A stretch of 64,000 nt of DNA from an uncultured Nitrososphaeraceae archaeon (GCA_963825865.1 CAWGVG010000027.1:121477-185476); one strand, 5' to 3'; counted from the stretch's first letter, positions 44,305 to 55,898 are shown. Numbers and translations are program-made. Notes: generated by a model from the sequence alone, not told the origin.

Positions 44305-46636
44305 CTACGAGAAAGTAGACTGTCCTTCGCTTTCACTTTCAACTGCCGTCAAATCCTTCAACCTGGCGCCTACCCAAAAATAGCACGCAATGCCACCTCT
44401 TTCTTGATCTCTCATTCGTATATCCTAAGCCGTGTTCCTTCTTCAGCTTCCTGCTAAATGATTGCTCTGACTCTATTCCAAGTTTCTTGCCTTTGCAGAA
44501 CCGTTTATAACCTTCGTACATCTCCTCTTTTGAAGATGTGGTATCGGTGTCTTGCTGATCTACTGCTGTTTCAACGAATGCTCTAACTGGATTTGAACTT
44601 AGGATGTATTTGGCATAATTCTCGTCTATTGTGCTACTTGGAACATAAATACCGCTGCTTAATACTCTAGGAAGCCTTTTGGTAATCATGCTAAATAAGC
44701 CAGATAGCTCTTGTCCTGTAGTTAATTTATCGATAAGATATGGGTCGGCTTTATCTCCTAAAAACTGATTTGGAAAGTTAACTATTATCAGCCTTGCGAA
44801 GAAAGCATCGGTCTCGTCAGGAGTTTGAGGTATCTCGTTGGCTGAAAAGAGCAATTTAGCGTAGTTTACAAATTTAAAGGCCGGTAGAAACTTTTTTTCA
44901 GCAGGTATGTAATCTCCACCAGTTAGTTTCTTAAGAATACCTGTGTTCTTTAGAGCCTCTTTAGACAAGTCAGCATCAATATTGGCTAGTTTGCCATGCA
45001 ATTCGGCTGAAGCAAATCTATTTTCTAATAGCCTATGAAGGCTTTCACCTGAAACGTTTTGATGGCCTAACAATCTTTTAATTATTTCAAGCATAACACC
45101 TTTTCCATTCCTGCCAGAGCCGTTTAACAAAAGATACCTGTGGAAAGGAAAAGCACGCCACAAACAATAAGCTGTAAAATCTAAAATTGTCTCTACATCT
45201 TCAGCAGCCATTACCTCGTGCATAAATTTCATAATTGCAGGACATGGACAAAACATGGGGTCACCAATCCATTCAAAAAAGTCAGCTATAAAACTACTTG
45301 GTTCGTATTTTATTGGAATTTGCATAGTGGCCATAAAATCTGGGTCGTGAGGTTTTGTATCAAGTGTCTTTAAATTAATCATACAGTTTTTGCATGCAAC
45401 CCACTCAATTTGTGAATCAAACTCTTGCATGTTAGTTAGCGTTCTTCTACGAATATGATTGATAACCTCATTTACTTCATAAGTTGAAATGTCAGGATTA
45501 ATTGATTCAAGTTGCATTTGTATGATTGATTGCGCATCATTAACAAATATACCAGTCATTTCATCATAGTAGAAAATCTCTTGTGTATATTTCAAAGTCT
45601 TGAAGTGGTGACCTTGCATTGTTAGTTGTACAATATCGAGATCTGTACGATCATCATCATGACCTCCTCCTCCAGATGCTGGTCCATTTATGCCACCATT
45701 AACATTACCATTAACATCATTTTTCCTTGCAATGAACCTCACTGCATCATGCCATTGCCTATCGAATTCTCTATCATCTAATGGTGGGATGCAATGTTTG
45801 TTGTTCCATTCTATAGCAAATTGTTTTATTTGCTCTGGCTGAAGGATAGCACGGTTACGGATGATGAGTGTATCCATAGCTCGAAGTAGTGCCTCATGAC
45901 GGTTATGGCCTTCTAGAACTTTGAAATCAGGTTTGAACAGATCTTTGATTGGCATCTGATTTGTTGATTTGCCATTGCCATTTCCAGATTCCAAATAAGC
46001 GATACCATATTTCTTGCAGATATTGTCTATATGCTGCTCAAACTGGTCTGCTATAACTGGCTGATCTATTCCTAGAATCTGATAACTATATCCATTTGAA
46101 TGCATAGAAGGAGAACAGAATAATACTCCATGTGCACCCAAACCTTTAACTTCTATTGCCGGATTTTCGCTGCTTTTTAATTTGTTTACTAAATCAGTAT
46201 CAATCTTATCGCTACTTTTCTTTGAAAATGGCTTGTGCGAATATACGTAGATATGTGCTCTATTAATGTCATCTGTATGCTGTTCTACCAAAGTCCATTG
46301 AGCCAGTTCTTTAATGGAAATAGTCTTGCCATTCCTAGAGCATATCTCTTCAATTGCCTTCAGGTTATCCGCATCTATCCCATTCAAGTACAAACCCTGT
46401 TTTTGCTTATTATGCCATACCTTACCTAAAATAACCGCAATACCATCTGAAAATTTATTTTGTGATTTCCATTCATTATGAAGCTCTTCGGATATTGGCT
46501 TATTCTGGAATTCTGACCATGCTACAGTTGGCCTCTTACTCTTAGTATCTGCTGGTATTACATTAACACCTATATCATACCTCCAAAAGTCTGCAAAGTC
46601 GTTTATCGTTGTAGGTGGTGGTCTTGCCGTTTGCAT
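44305..46636 (-). CDS. PrimPol (AEP) - PriCT - D5_N - SF3 helicase fusion (P4/plasmid-type; indel near 44400)
   Basis: NVIPA..KRP..W, GIDAD, AHIY, SPSMH; EGHNRH..PPLDDRE; CKNCMINL; Walker A GSGRNGKG; LKKLTGGD..AEKKF; KLLFSAN. Confidence 0.93.
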
Positions 46637-46744
46637 TTTATTTAATGACCGCTCCTTTCACGAATGAAGTCTAAAATCTCGCAGAGCATTCTGCTATTTT
46701 GTTTTTCTCTGACTTCTGCGTCGTTAATCTCTTGCTCCATTTTT

Positions 46745-46969
46745 TTAGGTCCCTACCTCCTCTTCTAGTATAACTCTCAAACGCCCAGATCTAAGGACGA
46801 AATCGTTGGCGTAGGCAACGAGATTCTGAATTCGGTTAACTATCGAGATCTCCGAGATTGCTCTTTGAGCATCAATTTGTGGCCTGTATTTATGTCCACG
46901 ACTTTTTGATGATTGATTAACAGAGGAGGAACCTTTATTTCCAGGCTCAGAATTATTATGATTGATCAC
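46745..46969 (-). CDS. Small hypothetical protein of the element
   Basis: ORF within the co-oriented run upstream of the primase. Confidence 0.45.
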   Translation of the reverse strand: MINHNNSEPGNKGSSSVNQSSKSRGHKYRPQIDAQRAISEISIVNRIQNLVAYANDFVLRSGRLRVILEEEVGT

Positions 46970-47071
46970 AATTAAATCTCCTGGTTTGCTGTGTTGGGTG
47001 CTTGGTTGTGTGGCTGTTGAGGAATATCTGGTTCTGGTGTAGAGGCTGGTTACTTCTACAATTTTGTATTA

Positions 47072-47266
47072 TCATACGTTAGTTACCGCCTGCTGTTGAT
47101 GTACTAGCAAACCATCTGTTACGAGGTTGTTTTTACAATGTTCACAAAACCATCCGTTTCTTCCAAGGTATAGAATCTCCATACAATATACACCTGGATT
47201 TGGGCAATCTCTGGCAGCGCATGTTCTATATCGTTGTGAAATATGATCTTGCTTTGAGGGGTTCAT
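47072..47266 (-). CDS. Small Zn-binding protein
   Basis: CAARDC...FCEHC. Confidence 0.7.
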   Translation of the reverse strand: MNPSKQDHISQRYRTCAARDCPNPGVYCMEILYLGRNGWFCEHCKNNLVTDGLLVHQQQAVTNV

Positions 47267-47320
47267 ATCTATTGGGGGATTTCTAATTTCTGGCCATGAT
47301 TATTATCCATAATAATTTCG

Positions 47321-47491
47321 TTAAGCGTCTGTAACATTATCCGTTTTGTACCCCTCATCTACTCTCAATGTAAATACTGTTGACGTGTTGACACTGCACT
47401 GCCTTGCCACCTTGGCGGGGATTATCAGCGCTAATGACTTGCCATCTTTCGACCCTACTTGATAGGGTTGAAGTACATACACTTGCTTCAT
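47321..47491 (-). CDS. AbrB/MazE-type DNA-binding protein
   Basis: YQVGSKDGKSLALIIPAKVARQCSV. Confidence 0.8.
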   Translation of the reverse strand: MKQVYVLQPYQVGSKDGKSLALIIPAKVARQCSVNTSTVFTLRVDEGYKTDNVTDA

Positions 47492-47548
47492 ATCTACATA
47501 TAGCATGAACAACATGTATATAGACCAGTAGGGAAATTCATACTGGTA

Positions 47549-48397
47549 ATGGAAGGCTCAGAAAACAGACTGGTTACGACATGCAAAGATATTTTGCGCT
47601 TACTTTTACATGCTGGCACGAATGTTAACCAGATAGTAAGGCAGACCAGTTCGGACAGAACTTATGTGTTAAATGTCATTAAAATTTTACAACAGGAAGG
47701 ACTAATCTCAGAAAGTGGTGATCCTGAACATTCACAAAAGAAGATAAAAAACTTGACAGCATTCGGACGGGAGATAGCAGAGCTAGTAAAATCAATAGAT
47801 CAATACAGCAAATCATGGAATAAGCTAGAACAGTCCATGAAAAGATATTTCAATGCAGTACGAAGTAATAAGACAGAGCTAAACCAACTAAAGATTTGTT
47901 CCATAGGAATAGCGATTTTAGAATATGAAACTGCTGATTATATTAAAGATTTTGCGATATTTACATACTCTTCTATATTCCGAAGTTTCGGGCATATGTC
48001 ACACAGGTTGGATCCAGAGAGCGGACAATATATACACCTTCAGAGTTTGCCGAAGACCACCAATCTTATTTTGAAACAAATTATTAGAAGTGTAACTGAT
48101 CGGCAAATCGACACTATGCTAAATAATCCATTAGAACTAATTGATGAATTTAATGAATATAGCCTAAGAGTAACAGAGTTGTCTGAGAAAATGGCACACT
48201 ATGGCATACTAAATAATGAATTTATCAGCAAAGAAGCCAAAGATGTATTGTTATCAGCCGCTTTTATATTAAGATCACAAAAGCCGAATATTCAGTCTCA
48301 TATGACTTCCAAAAGCCGAATATGGGAAGTTGCTGAAGAAATAAAAAGACTTAAAGCTCATATGAAGAAAATGCCAGCTCCAAAAGAAGAATCCTAA
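47549..48397 (+). CDS. wHTH (MarR-like N-terminus) regulator, putative repressor of the element
   Basis: NVNQIVRQTSSDRTYVLNVIKILQQEGLISE..HSQKKIKNLTAFGREIA; divergent from AbrB. Confidence 0.75.
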   Translation: MEGSENRLVTTCKDILRLLLHAGTNVNQIVRQTSSDRTYVLNVIKILQQEGLISESGDPEHSQKKIKNLTAFGREIAELVKSIDQYSKSWNKLEQSMKRYFNAVRSNKTELNQLKICSIGIAILEYETADYIKDFAIFTYSSIFRSFGHMSHRLDPESGQYIHLQSLPKTTNLILKQIIRSVTDRQIDTMLNNPLELIDEFNEYSLRVTELSEKMAHYGILNNEFISKEAKDVLLSAAFILRSQKPNIQSHMTSKSRIWEVAEEIKRLKAHMKKMPAPKEES

Positions 48398-48440
48398 GAT
48401 AGTAGCAGTGAAAGCCTTCTACAAAGAAATACTGAAGGCA

Positions 48441-49672
48441 TTAAGTTAACTTTGCTACATCTATTCTTGTGAATAATTCTTGAAACTTCTTTTCCATCTC
48501 TTGACGCATGGCTTTCATCTCTTGCTCATGACTTTCCTTCATAAGCTGGATCTCATTGCGTTTTTCTGCCAGTACTTCGACTTTTCTCTTTAGTCTATTT
48601 TCATTGCATATTATCAAATGTTCCATCGCAGAGAGATATCCCAGATTCTTATCATTACCTTCAAGCAATTCTTCTGGGCTTAATTTGGTATATCTGCCCT
48701 TCAGCCCTACGTCATGGCCCATCAGCATTTCAGTATACAGACTGCTCATACCAGCGCTGGTACATGTAGTATCAAAGAACTTACGAAATCCATGACACTC
48801 CATTAACTTTGTGCGTTTATTATGAGTCTCCGATTCAGTCATCTTGGCACTTGGCCTAATGCCTGTTATATTTAGAAGCTCGTTAATAGAATAAGAAATC
48901 GCTGCCTCTTGATAATGGGTGAGAGTGCTTGTTTCTCATTATCTGCAATTCGTCTTTAGGGTCCCGATTGAATGTGGTCCTGAACAATGGAGATTCAGGC
49001 GTTATTTTCTCTCCATACCTTTCACGGTATTGCAGGTACAGATCTATTTCTTTGCGCGCTTCAGAGCTGCAGAAGGTGATATATCTATTCGATTTTTTGC
49101 TAAAGCGCTTGTAGACATGTATCTGGTAAATGTTATACTTATCGATAGGTGTGAGATCACCTACCTTGAGATCTGGTATAGCTCCAACTCTCATGCCACT
49201 ACTAGCTAATAATAATATGATAGCACGGTTACGAGGCTCAGCCTTCTCTAGCATCTGCCTTATTTGTTGATGGGTATATGGCTGATCTTCAACCACTTCA
49301 TAAAATTCACCTTTGAAGTTGCTGATCTTATCCCAGTTTAGAGTAACATCGTTCATAACATAGAAGTGCCTTAGCGCAGCAACGTAGGCGTTTATCGACG
49401 CAGGCGATAGCTTCTTTTGATCTCTGATATATAGTATGAAGTCAATGATATCAGATTGAATTAGCTTTGGCTCTCTTCCTTCTAGCAGCTTATAGTATTC
49501 ATTTTCTTTTACCTTCATAAAATCCATGAAATACCTCAAGCCCTTCTGGTAAAGCGCCCTGGTTGCCGCTGACTTTATAGTGTGGATAAAGTTCTTGTAT
49601 GAGTTATCTAGTATAATTGATGGCGATTGTTGAGTGGTTGGTAATTCATCCTTTAGACAAATTAATTACCAT
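48441..49672 (-). CDS. Tyrosine recombinase/integrase (indels near 48890 and 49655)
   Basis: SSGMRVGA (R), HGFRKFF (HxxR), LMGH, GRY (Tyr); N-terminal SAM-like domain; C-terminal coiled tail. Confidence 0.93.
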
Positions 49673-49769
49673 TGAGCACAAGAATCTGGTATTAATACTA
49701 GCAGCGAACTACATTAAGAATGATTAATACTAAGAAATAATAATACTGTCAAATTCATCATCACTACTA

Positions 49770-50717
49770 TTGTCACAGATACCTTGCGGTAAATGCCACC
49801 ATGAATTAAGCGTATATCACAGAGCTTATTCAGGAGAGTACCTATGTAAGAAATGCTTCCTGCATTCTATAGAGGAAAAAACTGCCAGAACTATGTCTAA
49901 GTTTTCAATGCTCCACTATAATGATAGAGTAGCAGTTGGTGTTTCTGGTGGCAAAGACAGTTTGTCACTACTATATATCCTAAAGAAAATCTTTAATCAA
50001 CGTGACCGTTCTGACCTTATCGCTATCACGATAGACGAAGGCGTCAAAGGTTACCGCAATGAAGCGCTACAGATTGTAAAAGATTTTTGTTCAAAGCTAA
50101 AAGTAGAAAATAAAATTCTAAGATATAAGGATCTATTTGGGATAGATATGGACGATGCAATGAGACTAAGACCTAGTGAAAAAATGAGTTCATGTTCAAT
50201 GTGCGGCACTTTTCGTCGAAGAGTAATTGATATGGCTGCAGAATCTATAGGTGCAAATGTTGTCGCAACAGCACATAACCTTGATGATCAATTACAAAGT
50301 TTTATGATCAACATTCTGGTTGGAGATGTTGAAAGGATTGGTTGGATTTATCCAGAACCTGTTCAGTATGGTGCTAATAGTTTGAAAAAGATAAAACCAT
50401 TTGTTGAAATTTACGAGCAGGAAATTGTATTCTATGCTCTACATCGAGAAATTCCATTTCAATCAGAAGAATGCCCATATATGAATGAAAGCATCAGAAC
50501 CGACCTTCGTGAATTTCTGAACAAATTTGAAAAAGATCATCCGGGGATTAAATATAACGCTTATAACTCCATGATAAAAATTTCGAGGAACTTGAAGTCA
50601 AGGTCATCACTGGTAACTCAGTGCAATAAGTGCTCGATTTGCGGACGAAATTCTACTGGTACCATTTGTTCATTTTGTAAAACCTTGCAAGTTTTATCTG
50701 GTAATAAGCCAATCTGA
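49770..50717 (+). CDS. ncs6: tRNA 2-thiolation protein, TtuA/Ncs6 (TIGR00269) family
   Basis: SGGKDS PP-loop, CSMCGTFRR, TAHNLDD, CPY, terminal Zn fingers. Confidence 0.92.
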   Translation: MSQIPCGKCHHELSVYHRAYSGEYLCKKCFLHSIEEKTARTMSKFSMLHYNDRVAVGVSGGKDSLSLLYILKKIFNQRDRSDLIAITIDEGVKGYRNEALQIVKDFCSKLKVENKILRYKDLFGIDMDDAMRLRPSEKMSSCSMCGTFRRRVIDMAAESIGANVVATAHNLDDQLQSFMINILVGDVERIGWIYPEPVQYGANSLKKIKPFVEIYEQEIVFYALHREIPFQSEECPYMNESIRTDLREFLNKFEKDHPGIKYNAYNSMIKISRNLKSRSSLVTQCNKCSICGRNSTGTICSFCKTLQVLSGNKPI

Positions 50718-50953
50718 GTTGTCTTGTGCTGGAAACTATAGACCACACCTACGATATAGCTTTGATTTGTCAAAAAAATTGATTTGATATAAATAGAGAC
50801 AGGAGCACTTTTAATCAATTAATTTAGTTTCCTCACAGTACAGCGAATTTCTCATGGCATTATAAATTGAACGGATGAGGTCCTTCTCTCTTAATTGGAG
50901 TTGCATTTAAGAAATATGATAAACACATATAATGAATCTGTGCAGTGAAATTT

Positions 50954-51272
50954 GCGGAGGCAGGGAGGATCGGGGTGCTAGCCGTACCCCCTACCAGAAA
51001 TCGGCTTTACGCTGGGATCAGTAACTGCTGGGTAAATCCATAGATGGAAGGTACCTGCTTGGGCTGCTGAAATGAAATCATGCCGTGTCGGATGGTTATG
51101 AACAGCGAACCGTGTGAAGGCACGGTTTCGACTGTGAATCGTCGAAATGGATGAGGTCCGGGAGGGAGCAATCCTAAGGCGGCATAGTCATGCTAGCACG
51201 TCTACGTGGTGGATCTTGCAGGCCTTGAGATGGGGCCTTCTGTTTATGGTGGTATCAGCAGGCTGCCCCCGC
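50954..51272 (+). ncRNA. ffs: Archaeal SRP (7S) RNA
   Basis: GC-rich; ends pair (gcggaggcag / ctgcccccgc); Alu-like complementary loops agccg/cggct; helix-6-like ccgtgt-gaag-gcacgg; helix 8 gaggtccgggagggagcaatcc. Confidence 0.9.
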
Positions 51273-51312
51273 ACCACTTTTAAATAAATAGATACAAGAG
51301 TCTCACTGAGTA

Positions 51313-52275
51313 ATGCCAGATAATAGGAGATTTTTTTGTCTAATTGGCGACAAATATCCTGATCTTGCAAGAGAAGAAATTACCGCCCTTTTGAAAACAT
51401 ACGGATCTTCCAAAGTTGATTGTTCTAGTGATACGCTTTTAGTAATAGCCGAGGGAGAATGTGAAATTGACAAGGTAGCAAAAAGAGTAGTATATACAAA
51501 ATGCATTGCCAGAGAAATTACAACTGATACAGATTACTCTATACTGACAGGTAAAACATTTTCTTGTATCGGCGAAAATGATAGGGATGTTGTACACAGA
51601 GTGGCAGAAAATATAAAGAAAAGAACAGGGGCAAAAGTATCACTAAGAAACCCAGATTATCAAATTATTGTCATTTCACGGTACAATGCAATTATGTACC
51701 CATTTTGTACTCATCTAATAGGCATTAGAATTCCACAACCAAAAATCGATTGGAAAAAAAGACAGGTTAATAATAGAAGGTTTTTCCATCCATCTGCACT
51801 GGAGCCAAGACTCTGCAGAGCAATGTTAAATATTGCACAAGTAAAAGAAGGTGATATGATACTTGACCCATTTTGTGGTACTGGTAGTATTTTGATTGAA
51901 GCACAGGAATTTCAAATCAAAACTGCAGGCTTTGATGTAATAAAAAAAATGTGCAAGGGAGCAAAACAAAATCTAATTGAAAACATTGTTCACTGTGACT
52001 CTGTTCAAATGCCTCTAAAACCATTAGCGATCGATGCAATCGTAACAGATATTCCTTACGGGCGCTCAACTTCAATGGTAAAGGGCAGATCAAGAAAGCA
52101 ATTGCTGACAGATTTCGTTGCTAATGCTAGTGTTGCTGTCAAGCGGATGGTGATCATGTGTGAGAAAAGTGATGAAGATATAATAAAATCAACTAAAACA
52201 AACATAAAAAGTGTGTGTCATTTATATGAACATAAGAGTCTAACACGGAGCATTGTGACAATAACAATATGGTGA
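51313..52275 (+). CDS. trmG10: tRNA m2G10 methyltransferase (THUMP + MTase), Trm11/TrmG10
   Basis: KVSLRNPD, FFHPSALEPRLCRAMLN, LDPFCGTGSILIEA, IVTDIPYG. Confidence 0.88.
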   Translation: MPDNRRFFCLIGDKYPDLAREEITALLKTYGSSKVDCSSDTLLVIAEGECEIDKVAKRVVYTKCIAREITTDTDYSILTGKTFSCIGENDRDVVHRVAENIKKRTGAKVSLRNPDYQIIVISRYNAIMYPFCTHLIGIRIPQPKIDWKKRQVNNRRFFHPSALEPRLCRAMLNIAQVKEGDMILDPFCGTGSILIEAQEFQIKTAGFDVIKKMCKGAKQNLIENIVHCDSVQMPLKPLAIDAIVTDIPYGRSTSMVKGRSRKQLLTDFVANASVAVKRMVIMCEKSDEDIIKSTKTNIKSVCHLYEHKSLTRSIVTITIW

Positions 52276-53190
52276 ATATGAGATTAGTGTTTTTAGGAAC
52301 ATCAGCAGCAACTCCTACCGCGGAGCGTGGACTCTCTTCTATTGCATTATTACGGGGATATGAGTTACTATTATTTGATGCTGGTGAAGGTATGCAGCGG
52401 AATTTCATAAAATCTGGTTTTGGTATGAATAGAAAAATGAAAATTTTCATAACACATATGCATGCTGATCACTGTATTGGCATACTTGGACTTTTGCAAA
52501 CAATGTCTCTGCAGAAAAGACAAACAACTCTTGACATTTACGGCCAACCGCAATTAGCTGAATTTATTAAAGAAAACATACGCATAATAAATTTCGGGTT
52601 GACATTTGATGTTAATATTCATATAATCAATGCTGAAGGTGTTGTAGTCAAAGAGAATGATTATCAAGTTATTTGCTGTAACGCAAATCATTCAGTTCCA
52701 GCATATTCATATTGTCTCGCCGAGTTTGAAAGGCCCGGAATATTTAATATTGAAGAGGCTAAACGGCTAGGAATTCCAGAAGGGAACTTATACCATAAGT
52801 TGCAGCACGGCGAGGATATTGTTTATAATGGCAAGACCATCAAATCAAGTCAGTTAACAGGACCACGGAGAGCTGGAAGAAAAGTTGGAATATCTGGCGA
52901 CACAAGGCCGACAGATAAACTGCAGGTTTTTTTCAAAGACTGTGACCTGCTAGTTTTCGAATCGACTTTCAGTCATGATAAGCATCAAAAGGCTGTTGAA
53001 AGCTTTCACTGTACTGCTACAGAAGGCAGCAATACTGGCAAAAGCATCCAATGCTAAAAAGTTGTTACTTACTCATTTCAGTGCAAGATATGATGAAACT
53101 TGCCAGTTGAACAATGAAGCAATTGCAATCTTTGGTAATGTGGAAGCCGCTGAAGATCTCAAAGTAGTTGATATTCCATATAGGGAATAA
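52269..53190 (+). CDS. rnz: Ribonuclease Z (indel near 53022)
   Basis: FLGTSAATPT.ER, FDAGEG.Q, THMHADH, SGDT, ESTF, THFSARY. Confidence 0.95.
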
Positions 53191-53818
53191 CATCAGGGAA
53201 ATAATAATATCATCTTGAGATTTTCAGTAAATGCAAACAAATAGAGGTTATTTTGCGTATTCTTATTGGTGTTTCAATTATTATAAAGGATATATACGAA
53301 CAACATGCTCGAATTTACAGCTCAATGTAAAGTAATAATAAATTTTGCCTCAATTTACAGTCAATTTGACTATATTATCATTAATAACTTGGATTTTAAT
53401 ACTCACAACATGTCAATTCTCAGTGTACTTTAATACTATTATCAGTTAAGATATTTCTGTCATGTCTTGTCAATTTTCTATACTCGCTACAATGTCACCA
53501 TTCAGATGTCGATCTTTGTCATTCAAAGTCTAACTTCGTTTTCTTTATCGTAATGCTATCACAAAATAAGAATAACTTTCTCCAAAAAATAGGAACTTGT
53601 CCCAATTAAACAAAGCGAACTCATATATATAAAAATTAATTTCAAAACGCACTATATCTTTTGTGCACTTACTATTCTCCATTTACAAAATCCAATGAAT
53701 TCATTTTTGGTGACATCGCTTGGTTGAAGGAGAAGGAGAAGACGATATCTTAATACTAAAATTAAAAAATAGGTGGTATGTTATAAATGTAGTATAGATG
53801 TATACGGGATCTTTTGAA

Positions 53819-53980
53819 ATGCCAAAATGTAATGCATGCGGAAAAGAAGTACGTCCTGATGAATTATCAGAAAAGTTCAATTGTCCCAAGTGTAATACTG
53901 AAAAAATCTGGCGCTGCGAAGAATGCAAAGGAAAATCCAAAAAATACCAGTGTAATATTTGTGGTTACAAGGGCCACTAA
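53819..53980 (+). CDS. Double Zn-finger protein, DUF1610/HVO_2753-like
   Basis: CNACG...FNCPKC..IWRCEECK..YQCNICGYKG. Confidence 0.85.
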   Translation: MPKCNACGKEVRPDELSEKFNCPKCNTEKIWRCEECKGKSKKYQCNICGYKGH

Positions 53981-53987
53981 TTGTGCT

Positions 53988-54032
53988 GCTTCCTAACATA
54001 GTTGACATTATAGCTTCCTAACATAGTTGACA
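53988..54032. repeat. 20-bp perfect direct repeat with 5-bp spacer
   Basis: gcttcctaacatagttgaca at 53988 and 54013. Confidence 0.85.
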
Positions 54033-54788
54033 CTCCTGTCTTGGAGTGTAACAAATGGATATAATAGAAAACAGGTATAGAATGATAAGTGAACCTGAAC
54101 TTTCAGGGCTAATAATAATTATTAACTTATTATCTCTCATGTAAAGCATTATTATCTACTCTTTCTTTCTTTGTGTACCAGGTATCTAGTAGTAGATATG
54201 ACAAGACTTTCAAAAAATTGGTAGCAAAGATATTATCATCATCGCCATCAACATCAGATAAAAAACGCAAGAAAGTTGCGGTTCTGGGATCTGTGTGGAA
54301 TAAATGCACCTAAAGTTCTGACATCTAGATGCCTTTGGTTTAGCATAGTATAGTATAGTTATGGATCGGATTTTATCTTCGTTGTAGTCCGTTGCCAGTT
54401 GATCCTTGGGATCCTTCTTACTATGGACTAGCTGACAACACCTGAAATAATTGTGCAGATGCGCTCTATATTGGAACAATGGTGGTACCTATGGTTGAGC
54501 AATCAAGCATATTGCATGACGCGGTAAAGATGATGGACTCCTTGCTGTGTTGAGTGACTCGCAGTAAGTCACGTCTTCCTCTCTCCCTGTCCCGACAGAT
54601 AGCCTTTATTTATTAACTCCGTAACTCAATTTTCCCAGGTAGATGGAGATCCTCCATATCTTCTCTTCCCCTACGATAGGAGGTATGACTCTGTCTACTA
54701 CCGTCTATTTCCCAGACGTTGACAGAAATAAAAGCATTAGAATTTCCGGACAGCTGCTGTAAGACTTATCTGTAATAATATACTTTAA

Positions 54789-55898
54789 ATGCACTATATT
54801 ATAGAAATGCAAGAAGACGATGAGATTGTAGCAGAAGAGGTGAATAATGTTAACGTGCTAAACCCAAAAATTATACTGGAGTCATCAAAATTAAAGGGTG
54901 TTAATTTTCATGGCTATGGATCTGCCAGATATCAAAATAATACAGAGACAATTCTTCCACCTCCTCCCTATAATTATATCGATGATTCTTTCAGAATCTT
55001 TGCAAATAATGGAATCACATGTGTGAGAATACCTTTTTACTGGGAATCCTGGGAACTGGATGCAAACAGCTGTTATCAAGATTTAAATGCTATTGGAGAA
55101 GCAGCTGACAAATATGGTGTGATGTGCATTTATGATAATCATCAGTGGGAATGCTCTTCTTGGATGGGGAGAGGAATTGGCATGCCCAATTCTCTCTTGT
55201 CTATATATTATCAAAAAAGAACAGGACACGTTCCAGATTATAAATCTATAAAAGATTTTTGGAACAGGTGGTGGAACCGTCAAATAAGCAATGCTGAAGG
55301 GGAAGAGGGATGGGATGCGCAACTGGATTACCTTAAGAAGATTGTAAAATTGCTAGAAGGTCGCAAGTCTACATTCGGTTTTGAGATATTAAATGAACCC
55401 GAAGTATTCAGTGTATCCCATTATATGAAGGTAGGCCATTACCATGAATATATTGCAAAGGAATTACGAGAAATAACCGACAAACCATTGCTATTCTGCT
55501 GGGCCTTACCACATGATGTAATGGATACTTCACTATTGCAGGCATTGGTCAGGCCAAAAATGAAAAACAATATCATCTATGACGGTCATGCTTATCCACC
55601 TTCTGTCACTAGAATGCTGTACTTTAGATCAATTGTGTTGTTGATGGGAAATATTCCTGTTTATATGGGAGAGTTTAATTCTGGCTTCAAAAATGGGACA
55701 ATCCTGACAGAGAGCCAGATTGTTGAATATATCAAAAGGTTTAAGGATTTTGCGATTTCTGGTTGGGCATTGTGGAGATGGTCTTATATGCAAGACAAAA
55801 ACATCTCTGCATTCAACCTAACTACTATTGTAGATAACAGGATACAACCAGGAATTTATTTTAACTATCTTTTAAAAGCTACGAAGGATATAGAATGA
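54789..55898 (+). CDS. Glycoside hydrolase family 5-like (clan A) protein
   Basis: KGVN, VRIPFYWE, DNH, FEILNEP (acid/base), H.Y, MGEF (nucleophile), W.W. Confidence 0.85.
   Translation: MHYIIEMQEDDEIVAEEVNNVNVLNPKIILESSKLKGVNFHGYGSARYQNNTETILPPPPYNYIDDSFRIFANNGITCVRIPFYWESWELDANSCYQDLNAIGEAADKYGVMCIYDNHQWECSSWMGRGIGMPNSLLSIYYQKRTGHVPDYKSIKDFWNRWWNRQISNAEGEEGWDAQLDYLKKIVKLLEGRKSTFGFEILNEPEVFSVSHYMKVGHYHEYIAKELREITDKPLLFCWALPHDVMDTSLLQALVRPKMKNNIIYDGHAYPPSVTRMLYFRSIVLLMGNIPVYMGEFNSGFKNGTILTESQIVEYIKRFKDFAISGWALWRWSYMQDKNISAFNLTTIVDNRIQPGIYFNYLLKATKDIE

Larger units (their letters stand above)
38931..49672. mobile_element. Integrated element (integrase, regulators, PrimPol-helicase, ori, cargo); boundaries approximate, no att repeats found
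   Basis: Gene content and order; sits between host genes (isochorismatase and ncs6). Confidence 0.8.

Noticed and set aside
49673-49769. att site for the integrated element
   Set aside because: No tRNA nearby and no convincing direct repeat at the left end; only aatactgtcaaa vs aatactgttaaa (~38506), too weak in AT-rich DNA.
50954-51272. GC-rich RNA as RNase P RNA or a novel ncRNA
   Set aside because: The helix-8 motif, Alu-like loops and terminal pairing fit SRP RNA; the RNase P P4 signature was not seen.
54200-54770. Moderately GC-rich stretch as a structured RNA or intron
   Set aside because: No group I/II intron termini or long stems seen; looks like a degraded CDS that I could not identify.
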